This document shows, in pieces, positions 1-14,200 of a DNA stretch of 64,000 bases. The notes beneath the pieces are model-generated. The model made no database searches. It saw only the letters and a list, made by a program, of their open reading frames with translations, and had not been told where the DNA came from. Both the position numbers and the translations under genes were made by a program. Positions within the stretch are counted from its first letter, which is position 1, and each line of letters begins with the position of its first letter. This DNA is from Antedon mediterranea (Eukaryota > Animalia > Echinodermata), in assembly GCF_964355755.1 (NCBI RefSeq), contig NC_092674.1, forward strand, positions 16,740,001 through 16,804,000, read 5' to 3'.

Positions 1-223
1 TATGATTACCAAATTCGGTTTAATTATAATATGAAGATATGATTACAAACGTGACCGCATAATTTTTGATTGCGTACCATGAAAAGATAATCAAATCGAT
101 TCCTGGCCATAAGGAATATACTCTGAAAAATTGATGTACCTAGATAATTGACGGACAAATAATGCTAAGGAAAGAATATATAAATAAAGATTAATCACTG
201 TTATGTGTATATTTTTTTCACAG

Positions 224-304
224 CTTCTTCCACTTCCCAAGTCTGTGCCAATATCTCCTGATCAAACAGAAAATGTCAACATGTCTTCTTTAAGCAGTAA
301 AAGT
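224..304 (+). CDS. RUBCN: RUBCN exon ([27 protein letters not shown])
   Basis: ttttcacag acceptor, gtaagg donor; resembles RUBCN LLPIPDSLPISPD. Confidence 0.85.
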
Positions 305-1639
305 GTAAGGTTCTTGAAATGTTTGTTTCATCTATTTTTATTATTTTGTTAAATCTATTGTGAATTGTATCAAATACTCAGTACCATATAAGAATACTGG
401 AATAGAAGTATGGAATGTTTTGGAACTGAAACATGAAAATTCAATGAAATGTTTGTATTAAAGTGATATATCCTTTTTACTATATTACCATTAAAAAGAT
501 CCATAAAATAATTTAAAAGGCATAACAATATTAAATGTTAAACAGGCTTTGGCTGTAGTCAGGTTCCTCATGTATGAACGGTTCAAAATGGCGTCCAAAT
601 GGCCTTATTTCCATAACCCTTTGGTCTATTGACAAGGTATTGGTATCAAAATACTCAGAATATATATATTTATATTCGTAATTGTAATAGAACATTTTTA
701 CTAAAGGCAACCGGAAATGCTATTTTTCTGTACTTTTGACCCTTGGCCTTGACTCGTATTGTATCTTAACAAGGCCAACAGCCATTAAGTCGCGTGCTAC
801 AATGCATAGTGATACCGGACCGACAGACAGACCAACAGACAGACAGACCGACCGACCGACCGACCGACATAGTGAACTATAGAGTCGCGTCCACGCAACT
901 AAAAAGACAATGAATACAGACTTGGGGCAAGTCTAGTTTCAAACCTTCTAGGCTTTTGTGATTGGAACCATTTAAAACAAGGCCAACAGCCATTAAGTCG
1001 CATGCTACAATGCATAGTGATACCGGACCGACAGACAGACAGACCGACAGACAGACAGACCGACCGACCGACATAGTGAACTATACTGACCGAAATTACT
1101 GAACATGTTTAAAAATGTTGAAATGTTTAAAAACATTTATATTTTTTTAATTTACACGTGCGTAGCCTGTCACTTTTGACGTGCCGTATAACGTAATTTC
1201 GAGTTGAAAAGTAAGTCAAGAAAACAGAAATCGGGCAAAAAGAGTGCGCAATAACATTTAACGCGCAGTGCGCGCGCAAAAACCGGCGCACTCATGGCAA
1301 TTTTGTAAACGCTTAAAATTGCCTGAAACGTACTCTTATTTCATCGAAAATAAATTTTGAAAATTTTAAGCGCGCGTACGTATGCGTTACATGCGCTACG
1401 CACGTAATTGTATTGCCATATGATGATTCATGCCCTGAAATTTATAGTACCAAATTTTATTTAATTGTGATTAATCGTTAAATCGTGCGTAGACCGCGTA
1501 ATTTTTATTGCGCACTGTGAAAACATAACCACATCGATTCCTGGCCATAAGGAATATTCTGTGAAAAATTGACTTAGCTAGATTAAACTGATATCAAGAT
1601 AAGGTCAGAAAGCGATAAAACGCATAGTGATACCGGACC

Positions 1640-1670
<31 letters not shown>

Positions 1671-4600
1671 CAACCGACCAACATAGTGAACTATAGAGTC
1701 GCATCCACGCGACCAAAAATGGTCTCAAATTGCTCAGACCTTATTTTATTGTAATGCATTATTTTGTTTAAAAATGTCCGGAAGCAAAGTTATTGACCTT
1801 TGACATAGAGAATAGCTTACAAGGATTTGCATTCAGTTGTCTCCATAACCCTTTTGTCTATTGACAAGATATTTGTATCAAAATACTCGAAATATATATA
1901 TTTATATTCGTTGTAATATACCATTTTGACTAAATGTAACCAGAAATGCTATTTTTCTTTACTAGTGACAATTGACTCCCACTGTATCTAAAAAACGGCT
2001 GGTCATAGACATTTTAAAATGGTCTCAAATTGCTCAGACCATACATACAGTTGAACTTCCGTGAGCAGCCACTGTTTGGATTCCCTAAAAAGAAAATGAA
2101 ACTAAAAACATTTAGTAGCTTGACAGTCAAGACTGGTGTGCATCTAAAAAGAGATGAAATCATAAAATGCTGTAAACATAAAAAACCTCTTGGTCACTTC
2201 TCACTCCTTAAAGTGAAGATGACTACAAAATGGCAGTCAATGTTAGCATTGGAAGATTGCCTCTCATATCTCAAAACATCCAAGAACCAAAACCAAGGAA
2301 CCAAACACTAAAATTGTCATCTATGACCACGTAATAATAATGTATGGCCGGCAGTAGTTCAATGTATGAGAAACCTCTAATATATGAAAAACAAGCATTA
2401 GGAAATAAAAAGGAATTTGCAATTCATGATGAATTTATAGCAAAGCAAAAAAAAGCACAAAAGTTGATGAAGAATCAACCACTCTCACTCCTTAAAGACC
2501 CCTTCCCTGCAATTTTGGACGTTTTTTGGAAAATAATACATATATATCACTTTAAAAACATTAAACCATGTCATTCCTTGTCTTAAATGTACGTTTTATG
2601 GTAAATTATGATAAAAAGTGAGAAACAATGCACTACCTAAGTAGCTCGCGGCGATCGACCTCTCGTGGACGGTCTCAGGCCTAGCCTAGCTAGGCTTAGT
2701 TTTGTAGGCCTAGCTGGTAAACATCGGTAACGTACGAACATCGTACGCTAGCTATATACCTAGCCTGACGTTGTATAGTTGCTGCATTAATTGTCTTTCT
2801 ATTTTTGCCAGACTCCGTTGATACAAATTGGGGAAAACCCGGTATTTTCGCTGAAAAGTTAGGAGTCTTCCATTTGTTTTGGCTTCACGATCGATCGAAA
2901 AGTGGGCGAATTACAAGTGAAAAACAAAAATATCAATCCGCGCGCAATGCATTTTGGGATTTATAGCGGGCCGCTATAATTATTAAAATCGATTTATTTT
3001 TCACATTTTTAACCGTTTAAAGACGAAAAAAGTTATCGCAATAGGACCATATAGTATTATTTTTACATTAAATATAGTTTGTGATCTTAAATTAGATCTA
3101 AAAAACGTAGGGAATGGGGCTTTAACTTTTGATGTAATTAAAGATGTTTTAATCCTGTTTTGGAGCTCCAGTTTGTGTAGAAAGTGTAGCAATTAAATTT
3201 CCAAGAAAAGTGGAGGAAGAATCAATTGGACTATGTAATGTTAGTAAAGTGGATGGGAAGAAAATGAATATGGTACAATGAATTTCTACTCTACTTTTAC
3301 TATCGGCCGAAGTTGTTTACATAGATAAATGTGTTTATTTACACTATAAAGATATAATATTTATAAAATATATAAAAACTATATATCCAATCTACTACTG
3401 TTTTCCAAGCTACTGTTTCAATCTTATTAGATCTCAAGTTTCGAAATGAAATGTACCGCAGAACTGGCCCAATTACCACAAATAATTTCCGATACATGCT
3501 CAAATATGCTTATACAAATGCCTATATCAAGTTCATGTTTATTAGGTTAAAGGTCAATAACTTTACTTTACAATAAATATAAATATGTATGGTCTGAACA
3601 AGTTGAGACCATTTTTTTTTCTATGACGTGTTCTCCCCAGGATTCACATCAAGCGTCACGCTTCCGGGGAGTGGGAGAGGGGCAATTCCGACACTAAATA
3701 CATGAGTCACAGCCCCACCATGGTTTGGGCTGTGGCGAAGCGATTTTTGGTAATTGACACCCTAGATGGCCGGAAATGGTACTCTCACACGTAACATTCA
3801 TATTGATAATAAATGATATTTGACTTGAGTGACACCTCTAGTTTGTCCGGAAACAACACTTATAGCGCGCTAGCAAACAGCAAAGCGATCATAGCCTACT
3901 TTTTCCGCCGGTAAACATACGCGATAAGAAACATTTTTTGCGTTCATTAAGAACATCAGGAGGAAGTCCCCAATGAAAAAAAAATAGGCCTAAGCCTACT
4001 CATCAGTAGGACAACTCTAATTGGCCGGAAACGAAACTTCATAGCGCGCTAGCAAACAGTGAAACGATCGTAGCCTACTTTTTCCGCCAGTAAACATACG
4101 CGATAAGAAAATGTTTTTGCGTTCAATACGAACGTCAAGGGGAAGTCCCCGATGAAATAAAACTATAGGCCTACTCATCAGTAGGACAATTCTCTGTAGT
4201 TGGCTGGAAAGGACACTTCATAGCGTGCTAGCAAACAGCATGATCGTAATCTACTTTTTCGCCGGTAAACATAGTCCTACGCGATAAGAAACATTTTTTG
4301 CTTTCATTACGAACGTCAAGGAGAAGTCCCCAATGAAAAAAAAATATGCCTACTCATCAGTAGGACAACTGTAGAATGTATTATACGATCAAAGCAGCTA
4401 GCAATGAATTGCGCCTAGCAAATCAATTGATGATGTGCGTACGTTACCAACGAAAGAGTAAATCCCACCGATCCATAGAGAGTCGATTAATTCAGTGTGA
4501 TATTGAAAATATCATTGATATTTATTTTTTAATACACATAACATTTTTACAAGAAAAACAATACAATCAATCATTGTTTTAACTGAAAACTTTATTTACA

Positions 4601-7600
4601 ATATACAAGTTACCGCATTTTTAGACGATTCAGACAACAGCCAATACTAGAGTCGAAAGATAGACATGGCAGTAAACAAAACATGTGTTTACATCTCTCG
4701 GCGACGGCCGGTGAAAACGCGTCTCAGTTGTTATAACACTTTGTTATGCAGTCTTTTGTTTCTTGGCTTGTGGTCATGTCACGTGTCTCGTATGCATTAG
4801 GCTTTATGCATGCTGCGCCTCAGCTCTAGAAAGTACCTGCCTGTTATTAATCTATTTTTAGATTGGTTGTGGTTGATATTTTTAAGCGTCACGGATAAGG
4901 TTTTAAGCGTCACGGCCGACCGTAAAGCGTCACAGTACAGAACCCAAACGTCACGGTACCGTGACGCTTCAAAGGCCTGGGGAGAACACTGACCACAATA
5001 GCATTTCCTATTACATTTCGTCAAAATGTTCCATTACAATAAATATAAAATTCTGAGTATTTTGATACCAATATCTTGTTGATAGACCAAAGGGTTACGG
5101 AGATAGGGCAATTTGTGGGCCATTTTGAAATGTGGCTGTTACCATGGTTACGGGTGTCGTGAAAATTTGTTACCAGAACATTTTTGGTTTTCTTGTACCA
5201 TAATAAAGTGAAATCAAGTGAAATCTCACTTTGGGCATAAAATCCTATGGAATTACATGAGGACACTGACTAATATATAAGGTGCCATTATATTTATACA
5301 TTGACTGACAAGCTTTTTTTTTTTACAGACTCGTATCAGAGGCAATTCAGAGTGGGCACCACCCAGAGCCCAAATTGTGTTTAATATCCATAAGAATCAA
5401 AAGTATGTATGTTAAATTATTATTATTAGGGAATTATTTGTGAAGAACTAAGTTAATGTAATTTATTTTTAGAATTGATTGCTATAGTTGTTGGTATCAT
5501 CCGAACACTAATTAATTCCTTATAATTTATAGGAGGAGAGATGTAATGAAAAGGCAGAATCAGCGCTGTGCAGGCTGTGGCATGAGAGTGGAAGTTGGCT
5601 ATCAGAATCGTTTGCGTTACTGTCATTACCTCGGAAAATATTTTTGCCATTGTTGCCATAATAACTCTACTGCTGTTATTCCTGGTCACATTCTTGAAAA
5701 GTGGGACTTTCGTAAATTTAGTGTTTCAAATTTTTCATTTGAACTTCTTCGCAAGATGCACAATGATGCGCTATTTGATATGCAAGACAGGAATTCTTTT
5801 TTATATAGAAAATTGAATATATTGGACCAGTGCAGAGTAAGTAACCTCCAAATTATTTATTTATGTACAGTATGTATATTTGAAAAAAAATTAATCAACG
5901 ACATGATCGATGTGATCTATCACCAATTTTTTTGCATGCATCCGTCGATTCCAAGATGTTAACTTCTTATTCAGTCTAATTGGGAAATTCTTTAAGAAAA
6001 TTAAAGGCACATTTTCGACTTTACAGTATATTTAAATCTGCTTTTTCAAAATATAATAGAATCAGTCAAAAAAATAAATATCATTTTAGACATGATTGAA
6101 ACAATCCAAAAGTAGAATAGAATTGACCACACTGTTGTTATTGGTTACAACCAGTCAATGCGAGAAAAACTTAAATTCAACATAAAATGTTATTATTTTA
6201 TTTTTAGGAATTACGATTACAACTTTACCACTTAAAAGACTTCATAAAAACATGCCGTGTTGGTCAAAGGTAAGTAATGTTGGAAAAAATAATGATTAAA
6301 GTTATTTTAGGCTTCACATAAACATTTCAAATAAGATTTATTGTATTTTATTTATTTATTTCTGTCTTTATTGTGAAGATACCTTCAGTATCATAACTGA
6401 TATCACTGGTGGATCACAAACAAAATCAGACGTACAAGAGCAAAAACAATTCTAGAATTTAATTTGTCACTATGACGAATTATAGGTGATCATTTTTATA
6501 ATTTTACTGACATTAAATTTTAAAAACATACACGTACGTTAACATACGATTGATAAATGTTGATGTATCCTATGACCTGATGCATTAAACGCTTTTATAA
6601 ACACCTAAATAAATTCCTGTCATTTGATTGGACGATTGTGGGTCACATGGCGTGCAATAGTACGCATTGTTAAACGATCGTTTAATAGTACTTTTTTAAA
6701 AATTTTTGTGTACGAAAAAAAAAACGTTTCGCGGATGAAAAAAAATCTAGTATACAAATTACCCTATAATATGGCTCTGTACTGTGAAATACAACAGCGC
6801 CACCTGTCGTCGGGCCTCAGTTTCATTTCTCTTTTAAACATTTGTGTACGAAAAAAACACGTTTCGCGGATGAAAAAAAATCTACTCTACAAATTACTGT
6901 GAAATACAACAGCGTTACCTGTCGTCTGGTCTCAGTTTCATTTGTAAACACCACCGTGAGATATGCAACAGCAGCAGATATTTGTGTACGATTTGGACAT
7001 ATATATGTACTATTTTTAAAAAAAAAGGCATTTAAATTAGCTTTAGATCGTTTTTAGGATTTTGATTAATTAATGGGGACATCCCTACAAGACGTGGAAT
7101 TGTTGGAAAAACCATAATTAGCCTAGATAAGTTCCAATTGTCTGTCAAAGTTTTGCCTTTCAGCCAAGCTAGTACTAGGCTACTAGGTCTAGCCTAGGCC
7201 ATGCTAGCCTAGTCTAGGCGTTTTAGCCTTGCTAGGCCTAAGATTGTTTGGTCGTTTGTTGACATAATTAACACTAAAGTAGGTGTGTTTATAAAATCCA
7301 TATAAATTAATATAACATTTAATATAATATTAAAAACCAAATGTTACTGTTTTTAATCAATGTGAATGAAATGTAGGCCTTTGGCTAGGGCTACTTACCT
7401 TATTTGATTCAAATGACCGGAATCTATTTAGATGTTATATAAAACAAATAATGAATGTTTTATATTCGTGTAGTGGTACAAATAATGGCATTTGGTGAAT
7501 GATGAAAGGTTAATATCAACTCGGCGTTGCCTCGTTGATATATAACCTTTCATCATTAACCTCATGCCATTATTTGTACCATTACACTCATAAACATTCA

Positions 7601-8204
7601 TTATTTGTATAATAGTGCTGAGTTGTGCCTATTATATGCAATATAGAATATATACAGTATACCTATATATACAGTGTAGCATAGGTGAAAATATGGGACA
7701 CACACCATGTTCTAATTTTTTGGTTTGATGAAATTATCAAAATAAACTTGAAGATGACAATTTCAAAAGATAATGAATTGAGCAAATAAACATAAGAATT
7801 GGAAGAGAATTTGGCACGTAGAAGCGCAATGATTTTTTTTTTCTTTGATTTTTGTATAACTTTGACTAAAGGAATGAAAAAACTACTTTTTAACTTCAAC
7901 TGGCCATATGTTAACGTCACAACATCCAATAGGCTTGATTTTTATATGAATTCATATCTACATTTCATCAGCTTTCATAATAAATTATAATCATCAAGGT
8001 AACCTTCAATTCTGAAGAGCTGTAAGATATTCAAATTTACGGCGAAGGTGAAATTACATGACCTACATTATTCAAGTTTTTACGCGTGATGACGTCATCA
8101 AAATAAAAATAGTGGCAAGTGATAAGAAAGTCAATTAATTGAGCAATCACATACTAAAATTTGAGCGAAAATCAGGCACAAAATAACAGAGATGCGTTCT
8201 ATTG

Positions 8205-8238
<34 letters not shown>

Positions 8239-11200
8239 TAAAAAATCCTAATTTTTAAATTCAAGTGGCCATTTGATGACGTCACAACATGTTGACGTCA
8301 AATGTGTACATGAATTCATATCTACAACTCGATGGCTTCCAGAATTATTAAAAAAAATTGGAGGTCACCGTGCATTCTGAAGAATTATTTTCATTTTAAA
8401 AATGCCTTATTTTTTACCATTTTCAGCACTTTTGTGCAATTAATGTGCGCATTTTGTCATTTTTAACCTGCTCGTATAGCGTTATTTTAAGTCGGAATGG
8501 ATTTCGTAACTCTTCCCACCCCACTTCAGTAATTTCTGATGGAAACAAATTATTAGGCCTTCTAATATATCTAATATATCTAATATATTTTATCAACTCA
8601 TTTCTAGTAACAATATATACAATATTATAGTACAACATCTAATGAACGAACTCATTTTCATTGTTGTTCACGAGTCAATATCTGGGCTGTATCAAAGTTA
8701 TAAAGACCAAAATATGAAGTTACTTGCTAGAGATAAGACACACTTGTCTGGCAGTGTCCATTTGTACAAAACGTTTATCCAGAAAGATTTTGGCACAATC
8801 ACGATGTATATCAAAATAGAGTACCAAAATCAATCGATAATTTCTCTAAATTGACACCCACGATTGTGGAGAACTTTTGATATGTTGGTAACTATAAAAT
8901 TAACATTCTGAATATGTTAAGAAATTCTTGACCCATAACACTGGAACGAGATGAATTATGGCCTATATCCATTTGAAATAATGTGCTGTCTGTTTGAAAT
9001 AATTCGGTTTATGTACTAATTTAGATCAAAAAGGCATTTAAATTAACTTTAGATCGTTTTTAGGATTTTTATTAATTAATGGGAACATCTTTACAACACA
9101 TGGAATTGTTGGAAAAACATAATTAGCCTAGATGAGTTCCAGTTGTCTGTCAAGGTTTCGTATTGCTATCTTCAACCTAGGCCTAGCTAGGCCTAATAGG
9201 CGGTTCAGGGACGATTCGGCCCTGAGACGATTCGGCCCGGGACTATTCGAAACATCCCACTTTGTGGGCCGAAACGTCTCACTTTAGACCAAATTCATAT
9301 TCATTTTTTTGGGTATTTATCGACAATTTTTTCAAAAGGTTTGCTTTATTGCATCTTTATCCCTAGTAGTACTACCCCATAGTCTCTCTGGAAATAACGT
9401 TTGGGGAAAAAGCTTATTTTGTGCTTATAAAATGCATATCAACGCCGATAAATTTAAGTGTGCCGAATCGTCTCAGGGCCGAATCGTCCCGGGCCGAATA
9501 GTCCCGGGCCGAATCGTCCCGGGCCGAATCGTCTCAGGGCCGAATCGTCCTGTTACCTAATAGGCTAAGGCCTGTTAGTTATTAGCCTAGGCGGGTTAGC
9601 CTTGCTAGGCCTAGGATTGTTTGGTCGTTTGTTGACATATTTAACACTAACAATAGATGCATTTATAAAATCCATATAAATAATAATATTTAATATAATA
9701 ATTTTTAAAAACCAAATGTTACCAAGTGATTCAATTGTAGGCCTTGGCTAGGCCTACCTTTTATTTGATTCAAATGACAGGAATCTATTTAGATGTTATA
9801 TAAAACAAATAATGAATGTTTTATATTTGTGTAATGGTACAAACAATGGCATTTGGTGAATGATGAAAGGTTACGGTAGTTGCTGTCACCTCGTTGATGT
9901 ATAACCTTTCATCATTCACCTCATGCCATTATTTGTACCTTACACCCATAAACATTCATTATTGTATAATAATGTACAGCGGAAGTTGAGCGTTTCTTTT
10001 GCCAACAAGACAAAGCACGAAACATTGCCAACAAATACAAAAGCAGCGCGAAACATCTGAAATCATGTATAATTTCTTACATTGACAAACATGAAAACAC
10101 AAATATATTTGATTCATAACTTTTTAATATTTCCATGGCAGAACCAAAGTCATTTTCCAGGATCGGACCTGGAAGAAGGGCCTTAAAAAAACTGAATTTT
10201 TATATGTAATTGTAAGGCCACATTTCAATAACTTTTCAAAACTCATCGACCCCTCTGCTAGTAATTAATAAAGGAAGATATCGCCCAATTATTAGGAAAA
10301 AAAGAATAAAATGGCCAAAGAATACAGACAATTTTAATTTAGGTTTCGATTCGTAATTACTATGGTAAGTTGTTTCCATCTCCATGTTAATACCAAGGCA
10401 CTTTTCAATTACAAATTCTGGCCTAGTCTTCTTGCAAGGTTGTTACAGCTCCAGTTACAAAAGGTGATGCAAAGTGTCAATCAGTGAACAGCCCACTGGT
10501 AGGATAGTCCTTGAAACCATCCGTAAAACACATCAATCACACACATAAGTCATATGCCACTAAATTTTATTATAAATTAAAATTCTAAATTAAAAGATAC
10601 TTGCTGAGAACTTAAAAAAGTGAGAAATGGACATTTAATAGGCATTAAGAATACAGTTTACATAAATTTGGCATCCATTTTGGACGGCATCATGGATCAT
10701 GGATAAGCGTGGCTCCCAAGGTTATTTTAAAGAATATGGTATTTGGATGGCAATTCCGAGTTGAAAATATCATTGAGATGACAGGAAAGAATAACAGTTT
10801 TGTCCTAGTTTGGACCAGTCTAACCTTTGACATAAAATTTTGAGTGTTTCTATTGTAATTCCTGTAATTTCGTACCAAATTGCGTTTCAAAATATTGGTA
10901 AAACTGTGTTTAAAAAAATATGTCATTAAGGGTATGTTCAGACTCACAGCGTTAAGGTGCCGTTATGTAAGCGGCGTACATATTTTTGTGTCTGAACTAG
11001 GCCGCGGATTAGCGTTAGGGAGCTGTTGCACCGCGCCAGTGGCGTTAATAACCCTAGCAGCAGATAAGGCTAATCCAGTGACGCATCAGTGATTTTAACC
11101 TTAACCAAGACACGACCACGATTAGCAGACAGCAACTACATACATGTACCCTAGTATATGACAGTGAAGTAGCTATGTCAAATGTATTTTCAGGTTTTCA

Positions 11201-14200
11201 ATTTTAAAGAACAGTAAAGTTGTCGTCAGTGATATGATATTTTCATAAATTAAATCAGATTATTGTCCGTGTAATAATTAAGTTATTTTGGTATAAAATG
11301 CAATTCTACAAGTAGTAAGAACAAATCAGTATATTTGAAGGTAACATTATATAAATAAAAATTTAAAAAAACAATTTTGCGATGTAAACTTTCATGCATT
11401 GAATGTATACATATAGTTCTATCTGCTTTGATCTGATCCGAGTGTTTTAATCATTAGGCGCAGGAGCCCCGGATAGCGTTACGTTTGAAAACCCCAAAAA
11501 GTGAGGTTTTCAACCATTAGCGGCATGACTGATGTGAGTGATTAATGTGTTTTACGGACGGTTTCAAGGACTATCCTACCAGTGGGCTGTTCACTGGTCA
11601 AATGATTGACACTTTGTATCACAGTTTGTAACTGGAGCTGTGACGACCTTGCAAGAATACTAGGCCAGAATTTTTAATTGAAAAGTGCCTTGGTATTAAC
11701 AATAACATGGAGAGGGAACAAATTTGTCTATCTTTCTTTCTAAAATAAATGGTCACTATAGTTTCAAACTAGGCTTAGTCCACCACATTAGTAATTACGA
11801 ATCGAAACCTAAATTAAAATTGTTGGTATTCTTTGGCCGTTGTTTGATTAATTACATCTTCATGCCATGTTTTTTTTTCTCTAATGATTTGGCGATACGC
11901 TCCTATATTAATTAGGCCTACTAGCAGAGGGTTCGATGAGTTTTGAAAAGTTATGGAAATGTGGTCTAACATATAGCAATTCAGTTTTTTAAGGCCCTTC
12001 TTCCTTGTCCGAGCCTTTGGAAATATTAAAAAGTTATATTAATATAATATATTCTGTGTTTTCATGTTTTGAGAAATTGTATATCATTTCAGATGTTTCG
12101 CGCTGCGCTTTTATTTGTTTCGCGCTTCGTCTTGTTCGAGCTTCCTCCGTACATACCGATAATTAATATGATTTTTTATTTCATTTTTTGTACATTATTA
12201 ACAAATAGCATACAGAACCCCATACAGAACATACCCTTCTCTGAGAAAACACTTGTGGGCGATTCCCCGAATACGACATGATGGAATAGCTTTGGAGACT
12301 TTGACTTTGGAGTAGGCCTAAATCGAAACGTCAAGCAACTCAACAGTTCTTTTCAGAACTAATATAGGCCTACGTGGTGTACCGCAAATTTATATCAACA
12401 AATATGTAACTTGTTTAGCACGTTTAAAATGGATAGCAAAACATATTTTAAAAAAAAAACCTGAATTATTTCAAACAGACAGCACATTAGTTCAAACGGA
12501 TAGCACAATAGATAGCTCAATCAAATGGATATAACTATGATATAACTGTACTGTGCATTCTATACGGATTATCGGGTAGCACATTCTTTCAAATGGATAG
12601 CACATTCTTTCAAATGCATTACGTGTACAGCCCCATTAGAGAATGTGTTCATTTTTACCCGAAGTTTTGAAAAACTTCAGGTAAATGTCACTTAACCTCC
12701 TACTGTGACATGTGTTTATTTAAGTCCAACTTTGATAGGCAGGTCATTAAACTATTTGATCATTGCCGAATTCTGCTAGTTTTTGCCTGACCATTGACCT
12801 TGCATACTGAAGAATGTACCTTGTCCTAATCAATCAATTACAAGAGAGCTAATAAAATCACAGGGGTATAATAGGATTTAGGTCATTTATCACCTGCTTA
12901 GTTGATTTATCTGATAAGGATTTTGACCAAAAAGTTCTAATGGGGATGTACACCTAATGTGGATAGCACATTCTTTCAAATGGATAGCACATTATTTCAA
13001 ATGGATAGCACATTAGGTAGCACAATCAAATGGATATAGTACTGTACATTATTCTATGATTATCGGGTAGCACATTCTTTCAAATGGATAGCACATTAGG
13101 CCTATTTCAAATGAATAGCACATTCTTTCAAATGGATAGCACATTATTTCAAATGGATAGCACATTAGGTAGCACAGTCAAATGGATATAGTACTTTACA
13201 TTATTCTATACGGATTATCGGGTAGCACATTCTTTCAAATGGATAGAAAATTATTTCAAATGGATAGCACATTCTTTCAAATGGATAGCACATTATTTCA
13301 AATGGATAGCACATTATTTCAAATGGATAGCACATTGGGTAGCACAATCAAATGGATATAGTACTGTACATTATTCTATAAGGATTATCGGGTAGCACAT
13401 TAGGTAGCACAATCAAATGGATATAATTGTACTGTACATTATTCTATAGCCTACGGATTATCGGGTAGACATTCTTTCAAATGGATAGCACATTAGGTAG
13501 CACAGTCAAATGGATATAGTACTGTACATTATTCTATAAGGATTATCGGGTAGCACATTCTTTCAAATGGATAGCACATTAGGTAGCACAATCAAATGGA
13601 TATAGTACTGTACATTATTCTATACGGATTATCGGGTAGCACATTCTTTCAAATGGATAGCGCATTCTTTCAAATGGATAGCACATTGGGTAGCACAATC
13701 AAATGGATATAGTACTGTACTGTACATTATTCTATATGGATTATCGGGTAGCACATTCTTTCAAATGGATAGCACATTCTTTCAAATGGATAGCACATTA
13801 TTTCAAATGGATAGCACATTAGGTAGCACGATCAAATGGATATAATTGTACTGTACATTATTCTATACGGATTATCGGGTAGCACATTCTTTCAAATGGA
13901 TAGCAAATTATTTCAAATGGATAGCATGGATTTGGGTAGCACAATCAAATTGAGCACATTGGGTATTAAACACATTGCATCAAATAGGAGCCTACTGTAC
14001 AGTTATTCTATTGAATTGAATGAAATATATATTTATACTGTGTAACCTCTTCAGTCAAAGACTGGTCTCCCAGAGTGCCCAGTTGGTGATCAGTGGCTGT
14101 GATGTACTAATACACCGGGGTAACCCCCCACTCGTCTCGAAAGATGTACTAGGTTCTTTAAAGTACACACGAGCTAGATGTGTATTCTATTATCGGGTGT

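Larger units (their letters stand above)
556..5272. mobile_element. Long-TIR non-autonomous DNA transposon (possibly Academ-like) filling most of a RUBCN intron, with nested insertions
   Basis: Ends TAGTCAGGTTCCTCATGTA / TACATGAGGACACTGACTA. Segments 600-767 and 1840-2050 are inverted-homologous to 4997-5140 and 3540-3625. No matching TSD. Confidence 0.5.

Noticed and set aside
877-1074. [17 protein letters not shown]
   Set aside because: Microsatellite translation in a HINE-type element.
9309-9560. ORF with GRIVP repeats
   Set aside because: Product of 15-bp subterminal repeats of a MITE.
12430-13975. Repeat-spacer-like array as a CRISPR candidate
   Set aside because: The spacers are themselves repeated, there are no cas genes, and the context is a eukaryotic intron; it is a minisatellite.
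14040-14185. Possible SINE core fragment
   Set aside because: The resemblance is only impressionistic and the family cannot be assigned without a search.
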